Shown here: positions 29,723-38,100 of the stretch, one piece after another
Position numbering within the stretch: the first letter of the stretch is position 1
Layout of the letters: each line of letters starts with the position of its first letter
Assembly: GCA_035353175.1 (NCBI GenBank)
Contig: DAOPZC010000015.1
Location: 7,928 to 71,927, forward strand
Length of the DNA stretch: 64,000 nucleotides
Source of the DNA: Kiritimatiellia bacterium
GTDB taxonomy: Bacteria > Verrucomicrobiota > Kiritimatiellia > RFP12 > UBA1067
Reading direction: 5' to 3'
Translations under genes and position numbers: made by a program
The notes under the pieces: generated by a model
What the model saw: only the letters and a program-made list of their open reading frames with translations
What the model was told of the DNA's origin: nothing
The model's database searches: none

Positions 29723-30490
29723 ATGAAAAAGACACTTTCACTGGTTAGCGGGCTTTTGTTGGCGGCGTCGGTTTTTGGAGCGGACGGGTTGGAGCAGTTG
29801 ACCCTTGCCATCTCGACCCCCGGGCCTGACACCTACGCGGACGGTTCGCCGGTCCTTGTGGGCGAGACCTATCTCTTGATCTACGTCAAGGCGGGAGCGA
29901 CCTTTCAGGGGCTGTATACGGACGGAACGCTGGTGGACCCCGAAAACAACAAGATCGCGATCAAAGCGTTTGCGGTCGAAGGGGCCAAGTGCGGCTACAC
30001 GCCGATTCAGTATCCGGCGGCGCTGTTCCCGGAGGGCGGCTCGTGGGTCGTCGTGGTGCTCGACACGCGCACCGCCGACGGGGCGGTCGGCGGTTTGGTG
30101 GCTGGGTTGGGGTCCGGCGTGACAACCGGCGCGGCCTCCGCGCAGTCCACCAGTTTGAACGCGGTGGGCGGGGCCGGAACGGCGGCGCTGAATGCCTCTG
30201 CGCAGACGCTGGCGTTTGCCGATGTGCCTGCGCCGGAGATCACCGCGGTGCGGCCGAACGGCGGCGCAGTCGACGTCCGGTTCAAGAATTTTTCTGAAAA
30301 GGCCCTTTACGAGGTGCAGAGCGCCACGGATCTCGCGGGGGAGTGGCAGACGGTCGCCACGCGCGTTCAGGCCACGGCTCTGAATGTCGTTCAGGGCGCG
30401 AATGGCGCGGAATTGCCGGCCACCGTGCAGGTGCCGGCCACCGACACCGTGCGCTTCTTCAAGGTGATTGTGCCGAACTCGGCGAAGTGA
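29723..30490 (+). CDS. Secreted protein B: N-terminal ~65-aa module shared with protein D, Gly/Ser/Thr/Ala linker, C-terminal beta-sandwich-like domain ending in RFFKVIVP
   Basis: AAGGAG lies 8 nt upstream of ATG 29723 (the track start 29717 is only 2 nt from the RBS). The signal peptide is MKKTLSLVSGLLLAASVFGA. See findings for module details. Confidence 0.6.
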   Translation: MKKTLSLVSGLLLAASVFGADGLEQLTLAISTPGPDTYADGSPVLVGETYLLIYVKAGATFQGLYTDGTLVDPENNKIAIKAFAVEGAKCGYTPIQYPAALFPEGGSWVVVVLDTRTADGAVGGLVAGLGSGVTTGAASAQSTSLNAVGGAGTAALNASAQTLAFADVPAPEITAVRPNGGAVDVRFKNFSEKALYEVQSATDLAGEWQTVATRVQATALNVVQGANGAELPATVQVPATDTVRFFKVIVPNSAK

Positions 30491-30515
30491 GCGAGCAAGC
30501 CTGAAAGGAAATGCC

Positions 30516-31340
30516 ATGAAAAAACTTTTGATGATCACAGCGGCGTTGGCGGTTGCCGGTTCAATTCGGGCGGGCATTCAGCCGCTTGAGGGCTCCAATG
30601 TCGTCGGTTTCGCGGAGGTCACGGCGCAAGGCGGAAAAAACACCATTATCACCGTGCCGTTCGAGTCGTGTCTGGGGAACGGTTCGGCGGGGATGTTGAG
30701 CGATCTGGTCGCGACCTGCGGGTTGACCGCTCATGCCTCCGATCCCGCGCAAGCCGACCAGTTGGTCGTGTTGACGACCAACGGTGCCACGCAGGTCTAT
30801 TATTATTATTACAACGATGCCGAGGATGGCTGGACTCCGATCACGTCGGCAATGCTGATGCCGGACGGGTCGAGCCAGGCGCTGACGCCGCCCGCCGCCA
30901 CCAATTTCCCGGTTGCGCGCGGTCTGGGTTTTTGGGTCAAGCGGATGGCCAGCACGGCTTCAACCCTCTATGTCAAGGGACAGGTTTCTTCCGCCAAGCA
31001 GGCCACGCCGATCAGCGCGGGCCTCAACCTGATCGGATACGGGGCTGTCGAGCCGTTCGCGCTCAACGGTGTCGACTGGACCGGCGCCTATGGTACCGGC
31101 GGCATCAGTTCGACGACGGACCGGATTCTGGTGGGGAACGGAGATGGCACGTATACGACGTACTACTATTACATCAAGAAAGACGGCGGTTCTTCGTATT
31201 ACGACCAGTTCACAAACAAATGGGTCAAGTCAACGTCGACGGGACCCGCGTTGCCCTCTTCGACGATCCCTGCAGGACAGGGGTTCTGGTATCACCGCCG
31301 GGGGGCCGGCGGCTTCACGTTCCGTCCGGACGGACAATAG
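30516..31340 (+). CDS. Secreted protein C with an internal tandem duplication (poly-Tyr strand plus GFW..R motif)
   Basis: ATG 30516 has AAAGGA upstream. The signal peptide is MKKLLMITAALAVAGSIRAG. Two ~70-aa repeats are visible. The fold is unknown, though it reminds me of small secreted families found only in Verrucomicrobia/Planctomycetes (not verified). Confidence 0.55.
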   Translation: MKKLLMITAALAVAGSIRAGIQPLEGSNVVGFAEVTAQGGKNTIITVPFESCLGNGSAGMLSDLVATCGLTAHASDPAQADQLVVLTTNGATQVYYYYYNDAEDGWTPITSAMLMPDGSSQALTPPAATNFPVARGLGFWVKRMASTASTLYVKGQVSSAKQATPISAGLNLIGYGAVEPFALNGVDWTGAYGTGGISSTTDRILVGNGDGTYTTYYYYIKKDGGSSYYDQFTNKWVKSTSTGPALPSSTIPAGQGFWYHRRGAGGFTFRPDGQ

Positions 31341-31356
31341 GAGGCAAAGGTTTACC

Positions 31357-31860
31357 ATGAAAAAATCAGTGTTGATTGCGCTTTTATTGACCGTGGGCAG
31401 CGTGATGACCTCGCAGGCGGTTGTGATCGGCTGGGCGGCTGAGGGATTGCCGTCCGGAACCGGGTACGCCCGGCTCGTTTATGTGGCCGACGGCTCAACG
31501 CCGGTTCTTACGGACGGGACTTGGTCCAGCGGCGTCGAGTTCATCAGCGAGCACGTCAGCGGTGCCGCGATTGACGGGACCACGCTGTATCCGCAGGAGT
31601 CGACGGACGGGACCCCGCGCGGCGCCGGCGCCTATTTCGTGGTGCTGTTCGATAGCGCGTACGCGAACTATACGGTCAGTACGACATCCATAACTTGGAT
31701 GGATGCCGCTTCAATCAGCACGAGTGATTTTGATCCCATCACCGGGTACTTCACGCCGAATTCTTTCGACGATTGGGCGCTGATTCCTGAGCCGAGCGTG
31801 GCCACATTGCTGGCGATTGGTGCGGCGGTGGCGGCGTTGAGGCGCAGAAAACACGTGTAA
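31357..31860 (+). CDS. PEP-CTERM-tailed secreted protein D
   Basis: AGGAGG lies upstream of ATG 31357. The signal peptide is MKKSVLIALLLTVGSVMTSQA. The C-terminus, IPEPSVATLLAIGAAVAALRRRKHV, has PEP, a TM helix and a basic cluster, which is the exosortase sorting signal. Confidence 0.8.
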   Translation: MKKSVLIALLLTVGSVMTSQAVVIGWAAEGLPSGTGYARLVYVADGSTPVLTDGTWSSGVEFISEHVSGAAIDGTTLYPQESTDGTPRGAGAYFVVLFDSAYANYTVSTTSITWMDAASISTSDFDPITGYFTPNSFDDWALIPEPSVATLLAIGAAVAALRRRKHV

Positions 31861-31869
31861 GATTTTCCT

Positions 31870-34800
31870 ATGCTGTTTCTGACGTTTCGTCCGATTACGC
31901 GTGGCCGGTTGCGTCGGTCGCGCGTTTTCTTTTTGGTCCTTTTTCTGGGGGCTTTGGCGTTCTACGGCCTAACCGTGGCGGCCGATGCTTTTCCCGGAGA
32001 CAGCGCGGCATGGATCGCGTGGGCGGCGGGTCTGGATGTGCGGGAGGTGCCGACCCATCCGCTGCTGACGGCGCTGGGTCACTGGGCGGCCGGACTCCCG
32101 TGTTTTTCCCTCGCGATGCGGCTGAATGCGCTGGCCGTGGTGGCCGGAGCCGTGGCGGTGGCGTTTGTCTTCAAGATCGTCTGGTTCCTTGTTTTCGAAT
32201 TGATGCGTGAGGAGTCCGCGGCTGCGCACGCTTCGAGGAACGCGACGTTCGGCGGTATTGTGGCCGCTTTTGCGGTGGCTGTCAGCCTTCCGTTCTGGCA
32301 TGCGGCCACCCGATTCCGCCCAGAGATCTTCGATGTCGCCTTTCTGTTGGCGTGCGCTCATCTTCTGACCGTTTACGCACGGTCTCAAAACCTGCTTTGG
32401 CTACTCCTGTTCGGCGTGCTCTATGGGGCCGGTGTCGCGGAATCGCCGCTCTTTATCGTCGCCGCTCCGATGATGGCCGTCTTCGCCGTCATCACTGAAT
32501 GGAAACTCTCCTGGTGCCGCATCGGCCGTTTGTTCGCTTCGGCTTGGCTTTCGCTGGCTGTGCTGGCGGGCGTCTATTACCTGTCGGCGCGGACTTTTGC
32601 CCTCGCGCACGATGAGACGCCGACGCTTCGGGCGCTCTTCCACATTGTGGTGCAGGTGTGGAGAGATCAGTTCGACGTGATCTCGAAGTTGGTGCCGCAA
32701 CGGCTATGGCTGCCGGTCGTTGTCCTGGGCGTCGGTTCCGCGGGCCTGTCGTTTTTTGCCGCGTTCAAGACGTTGGATAATCGTCGGTCGTGGAGCCTTT
32801 TTATCCTGAGTGCGCTGCTGACGGTGTTCGCGATTCTTCTGTTGTTCAATGCGCCTTTCTCTCCGTGGGGGGTGCTGGTTCCAAAAGGCGTTGTCCCCGT
32901 CGCCACGTATGCGTTGGCGGGGATGGGGATCGGGCTGCTGGCGGCTTCGTGGCGGGCGTTGGCGGTGCTCAACGACCCCTTGGATGTCGATTATCCGGAT
33001 GACGCGGAGGAGGCTGCGGGTGCGGAGGTCGCCTTGTCCGCTGCGCCTTCCCCCGCCATTTTTGCGGCCAGCCGGGGAACGGGATTGTTGGTGGTGCCGG
33101 CACTGCTCGTGTTGATGGCCGTGTCGGCCATTTTGAACGTCCGGCGGTTTTATGCCGATGACGGCGCCTTCGCGGACCGTGCGGCGGATGTCGTGCTGGA
33201 CGGGCTGCAAGGGCGGACATGGGTGGTTTCGAACGGCATGATCGATCCCAATCTGCTGATCCGCGCGCACGAGCGCGGAACGGCGATCCATCTGCTTTGC
33301 CCGTACCGTGCGCAGGAAAAGAACTATACGGCGCATGTCCTGCGGGCGATGAGGTCTGATGCGACTTTTTCCGAGAACGATAAGCTTCGGGCAGGAAGTC
33401 TGATCGCCTTCAACTTCCATTTGTTCATCGACGACTTGTTCGCCATGGATGAGGCCATCGGCAAGAAGGCCGTGTGCATGGGATTGCCGGACATCTGGTA
33501 CGGGGCGGGTGCCGTGCCGGTGCCGGAGCGGTTGTTCTTCGGCTGCGCCAAGAATGCTGACGAGTTGAAAGGTCGCGACCTGTTAACGGCTCACAAGACT
33601 TTATGGGATGCATGGGCGCCGTTTCTGGACGCCGGCGATGGCGCTCCGAGCCAGCTGTCCTATCGGCACCGCGTCGCGCTGCGGCGGCACTTCGCTTTTT
33701 TGGCGAACAATCTCGGCGTGACCTTGGACGACATCGGCCGGCCCGAGCAGGCGTTCGAATCCTATCAGAAAGCGCGTGCGATCTTCCCCGACAACATCAG
33801 CGCCCTACTCAACGTGTTCGACATGCTGTCGCGCGGCTACCATCCGGAGTTGAAGGATGCGGTTGAAAGACTTCTGCGCCAGAAGGTCGCGAATCCCCGC
33901 GACCGCTATCCGCTCTGGTCGCTGAGCAGGTATTACGGCTATGTGCGCAATTACGAAGTGTTCGTGAAGATGGGGTGGTCGTGGGCTTTGTCCAGCAGCC
34001 CGAGCTCCGTTCTGGCCGGTTTGCGCAACGCCTATTCGCTGCAGCAGGACGATGAGAAACGGGGGGCGCTGACGGCCATGATGGCGTCGATCTACGAGAT
34101 GCGCGGCGATTATCAGCTCAGCGCGTCCGAATACCGGAAAACGCTTCAGCGTGACCCGAAGAACACGTTCGCGATTTCGGGCCTGACCCGCCTGGCGCTC
34201 CAGCAGAGCGTGGTCGATGACGCGCGTAAGATCCTCGAAGCGGGCGAAGCCGCCGGCGCGTCGAAACGACAGCTCAGACAGGACTGGGCCGCGCTCTATC
34301 TGGTCGCCGGCGACTTGCCGCGGGCCCGCGTGGTGCTGCAGGAGATCTGCGAAGAACCGGACGCCTCGCCGATGGCGCTGGCGATGCTGGCGATGGTGAT
34401 GATTGAACAGCAGGACGTGGCGGCCGTCGAGTCCAAGGTTTTGCCGAGGCTGTCCAAAACCGCCGAGGGCAAGAATGCCTATTTCGTCCAGGTGATTCAG
34501 GGGCGGGTCTGGCAAAGCAAAGGCAAAGCCGGATACAAGAATGCGAGGCTCTGTTTTCAGCGCGCCGCGTTGATCCGGCCCGATGTGCAGGCATTGTCGG
34601 ACGTCTTGTTGATGTTCGATGTCCTGCTGGAGGATCAGAAATCCGCCGAAGCCCATGCGCTGTCGATCCTGCGGCAGCGGCCGGACCAGCCGTACGCGAA
34701 CTTCATCATGGGGTCGATCCGTCTGGAGCAGGGTCTGTACGGGGATGCGGAGACCTATCTGCGGCGCAGCGCGAACGGCGCCGCGCCAACGCTGGCCGCG

Positions 34801-35163
34801 CTCAACAACTATGCCCAAGTCCTCTGTCGCATCCGCAAATTGGAAGAGGCTGAGAAGGTCGCCCGACGGGCGGTTGAATTTTCGGCCGACCGTTACGAGG
34901 GATGGGCCACGCTGGCTTTCGTGCTTGCCGAAAAAGGGGATCCCGAGCATGCGGCAGAGTCGCTCGCGAAAGCCAGAAAGGCGAATGACCAGGACACGCG
35001 GTTGTATCTGGTGGACGCGTTGATCGCCGTCAAGCGAGGTGATCCTGATGCGGCCGAAAAGGCCCTCTCCTCGGTCGGAGGGGAATCGGAGCTTTCGGTG
35101 GCGGACCGGCGTGAATGGACGGGACTGCACGAGGAGATTGCACGTCTGCGCCGCGCGAAATAG
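31870..35163 (+). CDS. Polytopic membrane protein, DUF2723/TMEM260-like GT-C glycosyltransferase N-domain fused to C-terminal TPR repeats
   Basis: About eleven hydrophobic helices lie in aa 1-420. The first loop, FPGDSAAWIAWAAGL..THPLLTALG, resembles the DUF2723 (W)DSGE..HPPG region. The last ~470 aa have TPR-like pairs (AFESYQKARAIFPDN, EYRKTLQRDPKN, GWATLAFVLAEKGDPEHAAESLAKA). Confidence 0.6.
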   Translation: MLFLTFRPITRGRLRRSRVFFLVLFLGALAFYGLTVAADAFPGDSAAWIAWAAGLDVREVPTHPLLTALGHWAAGLPCFSLAMRLNALAVVAGAVAVAFVFKIVWFLVFELMREESAAAHASRNATFGGIVAAFAVAVSLPFWHAATRFRPEIFDVAFLLACAHLLTVYARSQNLLWLLLFGVLYGAGVAESPLFIVAAPMMAVFAVITEWKLSWCRIGRLFASAWLSLAVLAGVYYLSARTFALAHDETPTLRALFHIVVQVWRDQFDVISKLVPQRLWLPVVVLGVGSAGLSFFAAFKTLDNRRSWSLFILSALLTVFAILLLFNAPFSPWGVLVPKGVVPVATYALAGMGIGLLAASWRALAVLNDPLDVDYPDDAEEAAGAEVALSAAPSPAIFAASRGTGLLVVPALLVLMAVSAILNVRRFYADDGAFADRAADVVLDGLQGRTWVVSNGMIDPNLLIRAHERGTAIHLLCPYRAQEKNYTAHVLRAMRSDATFSENDKLRAGSLIAFNFHLFIDDLFAMDEAIGKKAVCMGLPDIWYGAGAVPVPERLFFGCAKNADELKGRDLLTAHKTLWDAWAPFLDAGDGAPSQLSYRHRVALRRHFAFLANNLGVTLDDIGRPEQAFESYQKARAIFPDNISALLNVFDMLSRGYHPELKDAVERLLRQKVANPRDRYPLWSLSRYYGYVRNYEVFVKMGWSWALSSSPSSVLAGLRNAYSLQQDDEKRGALTAMMASIYEMRGDYQLSASEYRKTLQRDPKNTFAISGLTRLALQQSVVDDARKILEAGEAAGASKRQLRQDWAALYLVAGDLPRARVVLQEICEEPDASPMALAMLAMVMIEQQDVAAVESKVLPRLSKTAEGKNAYFVQVIQGRVWQSKGKAGYKNARLCFQRAALIRPDVQALSDVLLMFDVLLEDQKSAEAHALSILRQRPDQPYANFIMGSIRLEQGLYGDAETYLRRSANGAAPTLAALNNYAQVLCRIRKLEEAEKVARRAVEFSADRYEGWATLAFVLAEKGDPEHAAESLAKARKANDQDTRLYLVDALIAVKRGDPDAAEKALSSVGGESELSVADRREWTGLHEEIARLRRAK

Positions 35164-35180
35164 CCGTGTGAGGGAAGTAT

Positions 35181-38100
35181 ATGAAACGGATGTGTTTGCT
35201 CATCGCGGGCGTCTGCGCCGCGACGGTTACGGCAACGGCGCAACTGGGCGCGGAATTGATCGGCAACGGCGATCTCTCGAAACTCGATGAGAAGGGGTGG
35301 CCGGTGGGCTGGCCGGGCGGCCGTCAGGCGCGTGTCGAGAAGGATGTGGCCGGGAACCGGCTGGTGCTCGACGGGCCTGGCGCGGGCGTGAATTTCAAGA
35401 TTCCGCTCAAACCGGAGTACGGTCAGCTCAAGCTCGCCATGAAGATGAAGGTTACGGGCGTGACGCTCGGCAAGGAGAGCTGGCAGACCGGCCGCCTCAC
35501 GATGTCGTATCACAGCGCGGCGGGCGAGCGCGTGGGTGAGTGGCCGAACGTTTTCGGCCTGACCGGCACGTCGGAGTGGACCGACTGCGAGCGCGTCTAT
35601 CCGATCCCCACGAATGCGGTGACGCTGCAGATCAGCCCGTGCAACCTGGGCGCGGCGGGGCGCGTCGAGTTCCGGAACCTGTCGCTGACGGTCTGCCGCG
35701 TGCGCGCGCTGGTCAAGGCGGATGCGCCGCTGCCGCCGGGGGCGGAGGCGGCGCCGTGGAGCATCGGCGACGCGTGGCGGCAGACCACGCCGGCGCGCGA
35801 GCGGGTCTGCCTCAACGGTCTGTGGGGCTTCCGTCCGCTCATGAAAGGCGAGGCCGCCGGAGCCGTTCCGGCTGCGGGCGACTGCTGGGGTTGGTTCAAG
35901 GTGCCGGGCATCTGGCCGAACAACGGGCCCGAGTTCGAGACCGGCGCGCAGACGGTCTGGCTCGCGCCGTGGCTGGAGGAACGGGGCGGCGCGGCGGCGT
36001 TCGACCAGGCGTGGTACAAGCGGCGCTTCACCGTGCCGCAGGCGTGGGCCGGCCGCCGCGTCGCGCTCGACTTCACGATGCTGCAGACGCACGCCAAGGC
36101 CTATGTGGACGGCGTGGCGTGTGGCGAGCTGTGGTATCCGGGCGGCGAGCTGGAGCTGACCGGCGCGCTCAAGTCGGGCGCCGAGCAGGAGCTGGCGCTG
36201 CTGGTGACGGCGCGCCCGCTGACCACCGAGCGCAACGCGTTCATGGCGCCGGACCGCATCATCACCGACAAGGCCAGCGTGAAGCTCAAAGGCATCACCG
36301 GCGACCTTTTCCTCTGCGCCATGCCGGCCGCGGCGCGGCTCGAGGACGTGCAGGTCATCACCTCGGTCAAAGACGGGGCCATCACGTTCGCAACGGAGGG
36401 CGAGGGACTGGGGACGGGGAGTTACCGGCTGCGCGCGGAGGTGACGGGCTGCGGCGAGGCGAAGCGCGTGTTCGAGTCCGGCGCGCTGACGCCCGACGCG
36501 GCGGGCACGCTGCGCTTCACGGCGGCTTGGGCGGACGCGAAGCGATGGGACACCGACACGCCGCAGAACCGCTACACGGCGACGCTGACGCTGAGCGATG
36601 CGGCGGGCCAGGCGCTGGACACGCTGACGCCGGTGAGCTTCGGTTTCCGTGAGATCCGCATCCAGGGGCGCGACTTCGTGTTGAACGGCGCGCCGGTCCA
36701 TCTGCGCGCGCTGTACAACAACAGCGCGAACGGCAGCGCCGATAAGGCCGGCAAGGCCGCCGCGCGCGAGCTCTGCCGGCGCATGGCCGAGTACGGGTTC
36801 AACGCGCTGATCGCCGGCAACTACGATTTCACGCCGGGTTCGGTGGGCTATCTCGACGGTCTATTGGAGGCGTGCGACGAGAAGGGCATGCTGATGGCCT
36901 TCTCGTTGCCGCACATGAAAGATTTCGGCTACAAGCTGGATGATCCCAAGACGGCCGAGCTCTACCGCAAGCAGACCGCGTGGCTGATCCGGCGCGCGCG
37001 GAATCATCCCGCGGTGATTTTCTATGCGCTGAACCACAACAGCACCGGGTACTACGGCGATCAGAATCCGATGAAGATCGATGGCGTGTACGAGATTCCC
37101 GAAGTCGAGGCCACCAAAAACATGTGGTGGGCTCGCAACCGTAAACAGGCGCGCCTCACGGATGCCATCGCCAAGGCGATCGATCCCACGCGGCCGGTCT
37201 ACCACCATCAGTCGGGCAACTTGGGCGACATGCACACGGTGAACTGTTACCTCAACTGGGCGCCGGTGCAGGAGCGCAGCGACTGGACCGAACACTGGTC
37301 CACGCAAGGCGTCAAGCCGCTTTTCTTCGTGGAATGGGGGCTGCCGCACATTTCGAGCTGGTCGAGTTACCGCGGGCCGCAGTTCATCTGGCGCTGCGAG
37401 GCGTTCCAGAGCCTGTGGGCGGCCGAATTCGCGGCGCAGTTCTGGGGTGACGCGGCGTATCTCGACGACGACGCGGCGGTCAAGGCGCTGGACCACGAGG
37501 CGGCGCTGTGGGCCAGGGGCAAACCTTTCGCGTGGAGCACGCTCAATCAGCCGCTGCGTAATCTGCCGCAGAACTATACGGGCGTGCAGGCCCTTTTCGC
37601 GAACGACAACTGGCGCTCGCACCGCGCGTGGGGAGTGTCGGCGATGCTGCCGTGGGATCAGGGCGATTTTTGGCGGCGCATGGCGGCGACGCCGACGGCG
37701 GAGGTGCCCGACGCGCTCAAGGGCCTCAAATGCCCGGGACTGATGCCTGACCGCACGCAGCCGGGCGGGCAGTACATCCAGGACCTGGGCGTGCCCGAAG
37801 CCTTCGAGCCGACCGCGATCGGCAAGGCGATGCTGCGCTGGAACATGCAGGACTGCGCGTTCATCGGCGGACCTGCCGAGATGTTCACGTCGAAGGAGCA
37901 TCTTTTCCCTTCGGGCGCAACGGTGAAGAAGAGTCTGGTGGTGCTCAATGATCGGCGCCGCAAACAGAGCGTGGCGTGGACCTGGCGGCTGTGGAATAAG
38001 GGAGACAAACTGATCGAGAAGTCCGGCACGATCGAGGTGGCGGCCGGCGGCAAAGCGGTTGTGCCTGTGGAATTCACGCTTCCGAAGAAGGCTCGGGACG

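Noticed and set aside
30798-30812. The TATTATTATTATTAC trinucleotide run (a possible slipped-strand phase-variation tract) in gene C
   Set aside because: The unit is 3 nt and in frame, encoding YYYYY, so slippage would only add or remove a Tyr. The second repeat encodes YYYY with mixed codons, so this is protein-level conservation, not a contingency locus.
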